Program-made: the position numbers and the translations under genes
Part shown: positions 38,013 to 49,439 of the stretch, in pieces
Numbering within the stretch: position 1 is the stretch's first letter
Layout of the letters: every line of letters starts with the position of its first letter
Notes under the pieces: generated by a model
Told to the model about the DNA's origin: nothing
The model's input: only the letters and a program-made list of their open reading frames with translations
Database searches by the model: none
NCBI RefSeq assembly: GCF_000143415.4
Contig: NW_003314299.1
Location: forward strand, 914,063-978,062
Length of the DNA: 64,000 nucleotides
Reading direction: 5' to 3'
Source: Selaginella moellendorffii
Lineage: Eukaryota > Plantae > Lycopodiophyta

Positions 38013-41000
38013 ATGGTAAGTCTTTTAGGCCAAGTAGAAAATGGCATGAGGCCACATGCCATTCAGTAGCAACATTGGCATGCACCGATTGGGCTCTCGA
38101 GTGCAGTCCGGTTACAGATGGCATGTAGCCTCACGCCATCTTAGGATGCAGCCTCAAGACATCTGATGCAGTGGTGAATGGCGTGTGGCCTCACGTTATT
38201 TCCAGCTGCTAGCTTTTCATCTGTCAGCTCTAATTGTTGTGCATTTCTGAACAGGCGAGGAATTGCGTTCTTCTTCCAGCCACTGTCAATGTGGATGCAG
38301 AGAAGGGGGAGGAGCTCACCAGTTGGACTTTCGGGATGGAAGGCGAGGATCTGATGCTGTACAACATAGATGGTGGGAGAAAAGAATGCATGGGGATCCT
38401 CATCCAAGTGACAGACACTCCATGCAGTTCCATGCAAGAATATGGACTGGCACTTGTGGTAGAGACAGCATCCACCTTCAAGATCCACCTTGCACATCCT
38501 AGCGGCTTCCCGGAGGGGGGCAGCGGCTATGAGGAATTCCTAGAGGGAGCTAGGGAGAGGTTGTCCAGGAGGCCCACAATTTCAAAGACGCTGCGGGTCT
38601 ATAAAAATCACATGGAATCCACGGACCTCACCTATGGCGATGTTCAAAAACTATATTCCAACATTGAGCCGTTGAGAGTGCCTCCAGTTCGCGAAGCGAA
38701 GGGGAAGGGGGTCGATCTGGAAACTACCCCAAAGCAGAAAACGGTGGTCAAGCTCAAGCCGACGTCCGACTCTCCTGCTCCAAAAAAGAAGCTACTCGGT
38801 GATGCCATTGCCTCGGGTTCGAATACTACACCCACCAAAAAGAAGAGCCGCAAAGAGCAGAAAGAGCAAGAAGAGGCAGCAAAAATCGTCGCAGATAATA
38901 GTACTTGTTAATATTCCAACAAAGTATATACAATCAACGTGAGTCGTATCGACATCCAAAGCAAATACAACCACAGGCTAGTATCTGATGAGTGGGTGGA
39001 GAAACTGAAGCAGAAGATGCTGGCAAGTCCAGTAACACCCGACATCGCAGACATGATCCCCTACTACTGAACAATGAAGGGCAAGACGAGGTTTCCAGAC
39101 TTGATCAATAGGAAGGTGTTGGACGATCAGAACATCCGGTTCTATGCCGTCTCCGGGCAGCATTCTAGCTTGGCGATGCAACAGATAGTTGTGGATATTA
39201 TGGTGGGCGAGGAGGTGAAGAAAGTCTTCAAGACAAGAGTTGTCCACATGATAAAAGGCAACTCGCCCCTCAGATCTATCATATACATCTCCCACGCGCA
39301 GAATGTCAAGCAAGAAACGTGCTACAAATCGGGTCTGCATGAGACATTGGCACGAACAAGGAAGCTCTGGGTTCAACTGAAGAAGCCACAAAAACCAGGA
39401 CAAGGACGTGCACTAGCAACTAGCGCCTGGCAGGTAAGCCTCGTTGCATGTGGCATAGCATGTGGCCTCATGCCATTTCCATTGCAGGAATTCTCGAGTC
39501 TTCTCTCGAAAACACTGGGGGTCAATGACACACTCAGCATCCATAACATTCTACTCGCGACAAAAGTTGTTTTTGACAAATGGGTAGATGTGCTGAGGAG
39601 GTACCATGACGGGGAGTTGCTAAACTCAATGGGTGTGGAGGACGGCCGGAAGCCCAATGATTTGAAGCTCAATGCCTTGCGTTTCTCGCGGTCTCTAGAC
39701 GACGACGACCTTCTGACAGTGGCTAATGCTCTTCTACGTGGTGAGGTAGTCTTCAACAAGACCAAAATGACTCCTGGCCATATTGTGACATACAAGGACT
39801 TGTGCACGACTCTGAGAGCTCGTGCGCTATTGAAGGATTGGATCTTCGAGCAAGTGGCCGTGGAGAGGGTGAGCATCGACACCACGCAAGAGATGATGGA
39901 AGAGCTGGACTTGTCAAATGAAGACATCGACGAGTACGTGAAGGGGGCCCCCAAGTTCATCGATCTGCTGCGGGATGCCACGAAAAGTAAAGCTGAGAAG
40001 TTGGATCAGTATCCAAATTTCATTAAGAGGGATGTCGACCGCCGGCTTCAGAAACAGCTCGACCCCGCAGTAGAGGCCTATCGAGAACCTTACCGGGTAT
40101 ACGTGAATTCGGATGAGGATCAAAGGTGGAGGAGCATCGTTTCCCGCGGAGATGAGCAGGTCAAAAACATCTTTTGTGTGATGGACTCCACAAACAAGGA
40201 GATCACTCATGCAGACGAAGTCAGCTCCATCATTGACTTAATGGTGGGACTTGCGGAGGTGGAATCTTCAGTCCACTATATGATCTACGACTCCGAATCC
40301 TATCACAAGTTCTGGAAGGCCTTGAACGAGGTGATGGCTCAGTTGAAAGGCAAGGAGATGCGGGAGATCCATGGGATAATGGCTAAGAAGAAGATACCGA
40401 CGAATGTCCGCATCTTCACACTCGCCCTTGTTATTGGTCCTGTAGCAGAGTGGGACTGGAGTGACTTCCCAGCTTCGTTCGACAAGGCCGATCGAATTGA
40501 TCTGAGGGAGGTCAATTTACCCGTGCCTGAGGAACTGAAGACGGCTATGGAGCTTTCGAATCCAGAGAAAGCTCTAGGTGCAGCATGGGAAATGCTCAGC
40601 TGGGTCTTCAACACAATAGCGGGTGGGTCACCTGCTTCCGACTCCAAGGGCAAATGCGTTGTTGAGTACAATTGCGACGGACTATTCTTTCGAGCCGCAC
40701 TACTCAAGGGTGTCCCGTGTGTTGCGGTGACAAACTCCATTGAAGAGGTGACTTCAATGGAGCATATAATTACAGTTGCCAAAGAAAAACAGTATCTTCT
40801 CTGCGAACCTGGTGAGTACGCACTTTAAGTTTAAATGTTATCTCACAAGCTCTATATGCAGGAGTGTGGCCACCCCCAGATGCTGAAACGGCGTTAATAG
40901 CTACTGTTGAAGATACCCATGTTGGGCCGAGCTCACAATCTGCACAAGGTAAGGTCACGTGAGGCCTCACGCCATTTTGATTATAGATCGTTGTGAATAT

Positions 41001-43627
41001 TCAGACACGAGGACTGAAAAGCGCACTGGTGGCGCGTCGAAGAAGGACAAATAGACAAGCAATAGGAAAAAAGGAGGTACAAATTATATTTGCAATGGCG
41101 TGTGGTCTCATGCCATTCTTTGCAGGAGACACTTCTTCAAAGGCAAAACAGGCAAGCACCAGCCAAGCTCAAACTGACAGTGGTCATAAAAAGCGAAAGC
41201 ACGTTGGACAGTCGTCGGGATCAGAGGCGTTTGATTCGAAAAGGAAGAAGGGCAACGAAAAGATGAGAGGTAATGCCTCGCGGTTATGGCGTGTGTGCTC
41301 ATGCCATTCATTGCAGATCAAGGGCTGAGTGAAAGCAGCCAGTCACCACCTCCTGACTCAGATTCCTATGGCGGACTCCCCTTCCCCAATCTCAATGGAG
41401 AGGTACAATGGATAAGGGATGCTTTTCAAGTTAGGGCCACGTTTTTCTCATCTCGTCGTCTTCGAAGGGTGCAAGAACGTGCAGAAACCATGTTAAGACA
41501 GTCGGGTGAGGATACGGTCCTAGGTCACGCACTAAAACAGGCTATGGATGTCTTGTATTTTGAGATGGAGACTCAGCCAGATGATTTTCCCAAGATGGTC
41601 CTGGAAGAACAAGCCATCCAGCCTGAGCAGCCTATGGAAGAAATGCAGGAGAGGGATGAGGAGCCAGAGAAAGATAATGAGCAAGAAGAGCAGAAGGACG
41701 AAGAGGAGGACGAAGAAGAGGAGGACGAAGAGGACTTGGATGGTCCTCACAATGGTGACAATCACAATAACGACGACGACGATGATGACGACGATGGCCA
41801 GCCTGAGGTGGCCAAAGAGCAGCGGAGGAAGGTCATACAAGACAAACCATCAAGTAAATAATAGTACATCCATTCCTAACCTTTTACCATTTCTAACATT
41901 GTCCATGTAGGTCGCAGAGCAAATGGTAAGTAGAGATTATTCAGTTGAATTAAGATACAAACTCTAGCCTTTAGTGTCGAGGAAGGATAGTGCCAAGCAA
42001 GGGTCGAAACGTATGTCCAATCCTTCAGAATCAGCAGTGCGCCCAAGTGATATCGGTCCTAGTTCCTCAATAGCAGTTGATGGTAAATACAGTATAGTCG
42101 ATTCAATGTGCTAATGAGTTTGTTTTTAGTAGCCAGTAGGGAGGATACCATCTCAATCGAAGGGAAATATTTGGACATGCATATGGATCCGCCAGTGGAC
42201 TCTACTTGCCTGCAAGAGTCATCAGAGCTGGTGGAGGCTACTATCCATATCAACGCCAAGCAAGCTGACCACGCTCCACTTGATGCTGCCCATACCACTG
42301 AGTCAATCTTGTCCACGTATCCAACTGACGGTGACCAGGCGCCATTGGACCCACATGAGGCCGCCCCAGCCGCCAAGCCGGTCGAATCCTCATTTCCAAC
42401 GGACTCAACGTGTGCCCAATCGTCTGACTACGCGCCGTTGGAACCTCCCTACACCGCCCCTGCTGCCTGTTCGGTCATGTCCACTTTGCCAACGGAGGCA
42501 CCAGCTGAAATGGCATGTGATCACACACCATCGGAACCACCCCATGCCACTATTGAGCCAGTTGTACCAGAGTCTACAGCTGACATGGCATGTGCCCACA
42601 CGCCATCGGATGCGATTGACCCCACATTGCAGAGGAGAGTATTTCCGCCCTTCACGTTTCCTCGACCAAAACCCTCTCAACGACCATCGGGAGCACCATT
42701 CGCTAATATTGTAGATGGTAAAATTGACTTGTACCATTTTTTATGCTAACGCATTTCATTTCAGAGTCACGGCGAAGGTACTGTATCGTTTTTTATCTGA
42801 ACGGTGTCTTTTTCTCCCATGAGCGTGGCTCGTCCTCGAATGTCACTGCACCCTCCAAAGCCTGCGGTCGCAAGTTGGTCAAAAGAGACAGATTCACATT
42901 AATCACACAGGAGAAACTGCGGGATCTAATAATGACCATACGACACTTAAAACAGAAGGCCGGGTTCAATTTGCAATTGGGAGTTTGGACATCCATGATG
43001 CGCCACAATGCATTAACGTTGCTACAGATGATGCACGATCAGACGCGAGTAATATTACCATTTGACTTTCTCCTAACGCAGGAGGATTGCTTGACTATGG
43101 TCCATGTGAGGGGTAGCAAGCCCATCTTTGTCAAGCCAGAGGCTGTAGTGATGAACCGGACTGCTAGGTCAAGTGAAATCCTCATCATCAATGACTCGCC
43201 GATTAAAACTGCAGCGAACACGCACACATATGCAGTGCACCCCATCTCTTGCAGTATGGAAACTAGGGAGAAGAAACTGTATGTTCTGGGGGACCTTGCA
43301 AAACAGCTTGGAGCGATGGTGATAGAGAACCGGCCAGTCCAGGAGGTGGCTGCAGAAATCAACCAAATGGCAGATGGAACGGTATATTAGAAGCCATTTG
43401 ATCGGACAGACACCAGTCATCATTTATGGCATGTATATTGTCTAGCCAAGCACTATCCACATCTCCATAATCTACTCAACCGGATGGGTTCTTCGACCAC
43501 TGAACATGAGCGTGGACGTATTAGAGAAGAGATGGCATTACTATTGGGTTTAAATCCTGATAGTGTGGAGAGTGATGAAATTTCAAGATTATTGTATAGG
43601 CATTGGAGGCAAAAAATAACAGTCTGA
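38013..43627 (+). pseudogene. Multi-exon accessory gene(s): ParB/Srx-like domain, degenerate N6/N4-methyltransferase-like fold, acidic linker, FCP1/NIF-like HAD phosphatase domain
   Basis: ATG|GTAAG at 38013, intron to 38254. ORFs 38234 and 39074 are in frame across two stops. Introns at 39434-39487, 40812-40861, 40949-41004, 41077-41125, 41270-41316 and 42718-42764. Motifs INVSRIDI..HRLVSDEWVEKLKQKM..FYAVSGQHS; NPEK..MLSWVF..GKCVVEY..AALLKG..VAV; IVFYLNG..GVWTS..LIINDSPIK. Whether this is one gene or two is uncertain. Confidence 0.7.
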
Positions 43628-44073
43628 GATGGCATGTATTTATTTAAAAATGTAACTTATTATGGCATGGGGTTCAATGCCATTGTATTAATATTAAAAG
43701 ACAATTCTTTGAGAGGATTTGCATTATACTAGAAGTGTTACAGCATGTTATTGGAAGTCTACGAAATTGTTTTATTAATAAGGGGAAAGTAAAGATTGAA
43801 TGGGGACTTGGGCTCCACCTAGACTCGGAGCAACTGAGCCAATATTAAAAGGATGGAAAGAAATTGGACGACAATGACAAGGAGAAGAGAGAGGTGAAGC
43901 AGTGGCAGGGGGAGGAGAAGTGATTGAGTAGACATTTCCTTGTTTAAAATAAAATGGCATGTGCCTCAATGCAGTTGAATTTTGTTATATTTATATACTA
44001 TATAAAGGTTTGGAAACCTTATTTTACAAGTGGGATAATGACAATTCCCACTTTAACGAAATAGAGCTTACAT

Positions 44074-44537
44074 GGGATGAACACCATTGTGTTCAAGACA
44101 ATCTCTATATTCCATATATATGCCAAATGAGAAAATCTGGATACTTTCCATAAATAGCATTTAGGACCGAAATGAGATTAACACTAAGGGCATGATAGTG
44201 AGGGTGTTTGGTAAACACGGTAAGCTATCATCTAACGAATATTGAGGGACCAAGCTCAATATCGCGGGGGTTCCCAACACTAGCAAGTGCAAGTCAACAA
44301 CATGAGTTTCTCATCACCATGCCAAGTATGCTTGACTAAATGACAATGTAGGATTTCCTTCCTTAGTGCCCTTCCGGTCTAAGTGCACATATGATTACCA
44401 GTTTCTCAACTAACTTAGGCAGAGACTGATAACAGGTTCAGCAATACCGACCTCCTACCATCGTGGCAGTAAGGTAAGAGTGCCTATAAGGACTAGCCGA
44501 TAGGTAACTTTCGATACCCAAAATCACATTTGCGACA
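44074..44537 (-). repeat. 5' LTR of family A copy 2, right part
   Basis: Matches ~23419-23881; ends GCGACA followed by TSD CTTT. Confidence 0.9.
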
Positions 44538-44541
44538 CTTT

Positions 44542-47500
44542 AGATCCAATAGCAACATTCTTGCCTGACTTGCCAGAGATAAACTTGTAGAATGTGGTGT
44601 CCTCAACATCTTTATTCGAAAAAGAGGACACTCCTATGATTAGCTTATTTCGATGATGCTTTCTGCCCTAAAAACCAAGTTGCTAGCATTGGAGTTTGGA
44701 TGATTGTGCTAGCAACATCAGCTAATGGAGCAAAGTACTTGGTGGCTATCAGTGCTATGAAGTTGGCTATAGATCTCAACTTTAGGTGAGTCACTTTCAT
44801 TGGAGATGCACAACTCATCATACGCCAACTTACTGGAGAACACCAAGTCCGCAAAAAGAACCTGAAAGAGCTATGGCAGCGGGTGGTCAACTTGAAGGAT
44901 GAGTTCTCTCAGGTGACTTTTCAAAATGTCCCTCGTGAAGAAAACTTTTGGGTAGACAGGTTATCACATCAAGCAATCACCATGATGCGAAAGGCAAAAG
45001 GCACTCCTTACTCTTTGGTTTCCAAAGTTAGGGAGGAATTTAAGATAGATGAGCCCCTTGAGCCCAAGGTTTCTCCAGACTCCAGGGTTCATGCTGTTTT
45101 CCTAGGTGATGAAAGGGACCTGGTCTTTATCACCACATCGCTTGCTTCAACAAACGTAGCAAAGCTCTTGGATCTCCTTCACTGTTTCAAGGACATGTTT
45201 TCTTGGGACTACAACCAGCTTCTAGGAGTTCCCATGGACACAATTATGCATAGTATTGTGCTTTCAAAGTCAGCTAAACCAGTCCGTCAAAAGATGCGGC
45301 ATTTCAACCCGGTAGCTCACTCAGAGATGAAGTTAGAGATCGAGTGACTTCTGGCAGCCAGCTTTATTTACCCTTTGGAGAGCTCAGAGTGGGTGGCCAA
45401 CCTCATCCTTGCATGCAAGGCAAATGGAAAACTCTACCTCTGCATTGACTTTTGAGACTTGAACAAGGCAATTGCGAAAGATCACTTTCCGACTCCATTT
45501 ATCAATGCAATTGTGGATGAGATGGCTGGACACCGTTACTACTCTTTCATGGATGGCTTTTCAGGGTACAACCAGATCTTCATTCATCCCGATCATTGAG
45601 ATCTTATGCCCTTCCAGACACCTTGGGGCGTCTTCGCTTTCAACGTCCTCCTGTTTGGCTTGTGTAACGCCGATGCTACTTTTCAATGCTTTATGACCTA
45701 TACCTTTCATGACTTGATTGGAGGCACTTTGAGGGTGTATATGGATGATTTGTGCATGACCTCTGACTCCTTCGAGGACCACCTTGTGCACTTGGAGCAA
45801 ATCTTCACTCGCTGCTGACAACACAGGTTTTCATTGAACCTGGCAAACTGTAAATTCGGGGTGACTGAAGCCCGGTTGCTAGGCTTTGATGTCTCACAGG
45901 ATGGGATCAAGCCCCAGATAGCCAATACTTGGGAGATTCTGGATCGGAACCCACCAACCAACGTGAAGTAGCTTCACAACTTCCTCGGGCAAACGGGTTT
46001 CTTTCACTATTTCCTCCACAATTATGCTGCACATTCATGGCCTTTGATAGCTCTACTACAACACAACATTCCATTTGTCTGGGGTGAGTCCCAGCAACAA
46101 GCCTTTGAATCACTGAAGCAATCACTCTGCACGGCCTTGGTACTCCAACCACCAGAATGACAACTTCCTTTCGAAATTTACATCACGACGAGTATAGAAG
46201 CTTTTGGAGTATGCCTTTGCCAATGTTCATAGCCTGGCAAGCCACCACATGCAACATACTATGCCTCACATTCATTCAAGGAGACTAAGAAGAAGTACGT
46301 GGATGCGGAAAAAGAAGCAATGGCTATTGTTTACACTCTGGAGCGATTTCGTCACTTTCTTGCTCAAGCCTGTATCCATTTCCATGTCTATTTTAATGTG
46401 TTGACCTTTCTTTTATAGTGACCGGTTCACAATCCCCATACTTTATTTTGGATTGTGACTATCCAAGAGTTCTAGCCAACTTATCACATGTGGCGCAAGC
46501 GTGTGATGGATCTAAGCAAGTTCCTGGTTGTGGAAGCTACTTCCTTTGTGGTCCCAGCAGCATTACAAGACATTGCAATGTACTTGGATTCTGGTCAGTT
46601 CCCAGCAAATTCCTCACTAGTGCAACAAAAGGCATTGGAGATCCAAGCACGGTGGGTGCCTTCTTGACAGACACCTTTATAGGAGGACTTCTCAGGAAGT
46701 TTTGTTGTGGTGTGTGGGTGAACATGAGGTCCTTAAGCTCCTTCATGCTTTCCACTTGTGTGCAAGGCATTTCTTAGGATGGGTCACAGCACAACTCCTT
46801 TTGTGCCATGGCTACTTTTGGCTTCTGATTCACCAAGACAGCTTGGCCTATGCAAAGGCATATGAGCAATGCCAATGGTTTAAACTCCGGAGAAATGTTC
46901 CATGTCTTCCTTTCCAACTCATCACTTCTCCAAGTCCTTTTTTCCAGTAGGGACTTGACTTCGTCAGCCCAATCAACCCATTGAGCTCAAAAGGACAGTG
47001 ATACATCATCATGGCGACGGACTATTTCACAAAATGGGTTGAGGCAACCCCTCTGTGACAAGTAGATCAACAGTCTACAGCAAAGTTTATCTACAAGTAC
47101 ATTATTTGCTGATTCGGAGTTCTTGCCATTTCGATTTCCGATTGTGGCAGCAACTTCCTTGGACAGGTGATGCAGCATCTTCTCCAATGGCTGCAAGTCA
47201 AGCAAGTGAAGAGCAATAGTTATTATCCCAAGTGCAATGGCTAGGCTGAGTTCAGCAACAAGATATTGAAGACAGTCATCTCAAAGCTTGTGGAGGATCA
47301 CCCAAGGTGTTGGCACGAGCACTTGGTTATGGCTTTATGGGCCTTTCGAATGTCCTTCAAGAAATCCATCTCCATGACCCCATTCTCCCATATCTATGGG
47401 ACAGAGACTGTGCTTCCAATGGAGATCCAGGTGCCATCACTCTCACTTTCACTTTGATATGCAGCAGCGATGCCACTTAGCGATGAGGACAAGCTTCATG

Positions 47501-48030
47501 TATGTGACTTGGAGGTTCTTGCCTTGGAAGAACAGTGACGATCCACAACTGAACATCTCATTTGAGGCAAGTAAAAGATCAAGTTAGTCATTAATCACCA
47601 ACAGTCTACTAAACCATTCGAGGATGGCAATCTTGTTCTACTCAAGGAGTTTACGCCACCTTCGAAGTTCTCCCCTCGCTAGACCAGTGCATAGAGGTCA
47701 ACTTTCCCCTGGAGGAAGGAAAAAGCAAAGTTAGATGCTTGCCCCATGCATGCCTCGCATGCCTCACCTGTGGTGGATTATCGACAAGCTTGTATAGGCC
47801 GCCGGCATTCTTGCGTTCTCTCAAGGTATTTTCAGCCAAGGCAGCCAAGTTTGAGGCCACTCCAGCCGTCTTAGCAAAGACATGGTTGCTCTTGCTAGGA
47901 ATATACCCCTGCCATAGAAGCCAAAGTTGCTTGATGATTGCACTATGTAACATCCAGCGACACACCAAAGGTGGAGCATATGTGCTAGTTAATACTGATG
48001 GATGTGAGCTCCCACACGCTCACAACCACT
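44542..48030 (+). pseudogene. Tat pol continuation: aRH, RT, RNase H, integrase (degenerate)
   Basis: Motifs VPREEN, KPVRQKMR, CIDF*DLNKA, MDGFSGYNQI, VYMDD, GLDFVSPI, NG*AEFSNKILK, ALWAFRMSFK. Confidence 0.88.
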
Positions 48031-49253
48031 CTCACCCCATACAAACGGCAATGCAACTTGAACACGAAATCCAAGGCATGAGCCACAGTCCAATGGAGAA
48101 ACACCTCTGAAAGTAAGAAAAGGAGCCATGAAAGTAAAATGCAAGAAAGGAAGAAAAAGAAAAAGAAGAGAAGAGAAACACCTCACTAGATGAAGCATTT
48201 GAAGGTTCCTCACTTGGCTTAGTCTTTATTTTAAGTTCTTTGGCCCTTCCCTTACCATTAATACACCCCACACATTCCCCACACTCAGTCCATATCATCT
48301 ACACTCACAGTTTAATCACCAATCACTTCTAGTAACATTGCCAGACTTACCTCTAGATGCTTGTTTTACATCTTTCATTCTTTCATTATCATTCACATCT
48401 CCATTTGAGGTCATATTTACACCATACCATAGACATACATACGTGCACTAGCAGTAGAAGACACCACCTCATTTGGATGTGCCGTTTCCAAGATATCATT
48501 ACGACCATTTGTCGACAACACACTAGCTTTTCTAGAGCAACTTTCTTCCAACCGGGTGAACCTATTCACTCAAGGCACCTAGGTGGATCTTTAGGTGAGG
48601 TCATAGAAGCCGAAGCCACTTTCTTCTGCTCCAACACTCAGTGGACATATGCCACCTCTCTTTATTGGCAACCTAGCAACTATGCCATCCTTTTCAGCTG
48701 CTGTCTTCTTCAGTCTGACATATCAAACCATTGGCCTAACACTTTCAAAGATGGCCACCTTCTCAAAGTGCCACCACCATCTCAGCGCTCCACCATATCA
48801 CTCCATCTTTCATCATTTCCACACTTACCACCCTTGGGCAATGCATCCCCTCTTCTACCTCTCTTTCTTTCTTGAATTCAGCTAATCCTTGGACCATATC
48901 TGAAGTTATCATGAGGTTGCATTTACATATTACACTTTCCTAAGCCGATATCTAAGTATGGGTTAAGTTCTTTGGGTACTCACTCTTTTTTCCTCTATTT
49001 TTTCTCTTTTCACACTTTTTCTGCACTTTTCTATAACTTTAGGGTTCAGTCTGACTATAGGGTTTTCCACCAAGTTTTATTCCCTGTTTTCAAACTTTGC
49101 ACTTACCTCTTTTCTTTCCTTTTCCACTTTATTTTCTAGAGTTTTTACTATTTCATGCAGTTACCAGCACTTGGCATTAATAGCAGAGGTACACTCTACA
49201 CTCTTCAGAGGGTTCTCACGTGTCTGGAGCCAGTGCAATACACCGTGGTCGCA

Positions 49254-49439
49254 TGTTAAGGCGTGGCCATTGAGAGAGTGAGAGTGAGAGAGGGAATATT
49301 GTGGTCCTTAGAATATTCCCCATTTTCTTTGTATAAAACCCTTGCCCCACAAGGGCAAAGGGGGGGCATTTGTGGAGAGCATTGAAGCATTTCTTGTGTT
49401 TGAGCAAGCGTTGGGGGAGGCACCTCTCCTTCCCCAACA
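49254..49439 (+). repeat. 3' LTR of the Tat element
   Basis: Direct repeat of 18748-18924; followed by TSD ACAT. Confidence 0.85.

Larger units (their letters stand above)
31363..44069. mobile_element. 12.7-kb Sola-like DNA transposon with divergent transposase and accessory genes
   Basis: Perfect 24-bp TIRs AAGCTCTATTTCGTTAAAGTGGGA (31363-31386; 44046-44069). 4-bp TSD ACAT, with the empty site GGACATGGG in the sister LTR at ~23413. Sola-type transposase inside. Confidence 0.92.
22744..44537 (-). mobile_element. Non-autonomous LTR element, family A copy 2, inserted antisense into the Tat pol
   Basis: 3' LTR 22744-23881 with PPT (CTCTCCCCCCCT on + strand at 23882). 5' LTR 30671-31362 plus 44074-44537. 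PBS remnant at ~30660. 4-bp TSD CTTT at 22740-22743 and 44538-44541. Confidence 0.9.
18748..49439 (+). mobile_element. Ty3/gypsy Tat-lineage LTR retrotransposon (extra archaeal-type RNase H between protease and RT), degenerate, interrupted by 22744-44537
   Basis: Short TG..CA LTRs at 18748-18924 and 49254-49439. TSD GCAT/ACAT, with the empty site visible in copy 2 at ~29685. PBS TGGTGAACC. Domains: gag, CTHCKTNTHNTQCC knuckle (~21005), protease LVDSGS (~21685), aRH YFDDA..GDAQLII..VPREEN (44640-44980), RT VYMDD (~45740), integrase DYFTKWVEA (~47020). Confidence 0.88.

Noticed and set aside
31589-43975. Palindromic repeats as a CRISPR array
   Set aside because: Irregular spacing from tens of bases to kilobases, intronic location, eukaryotic context, no cas genes
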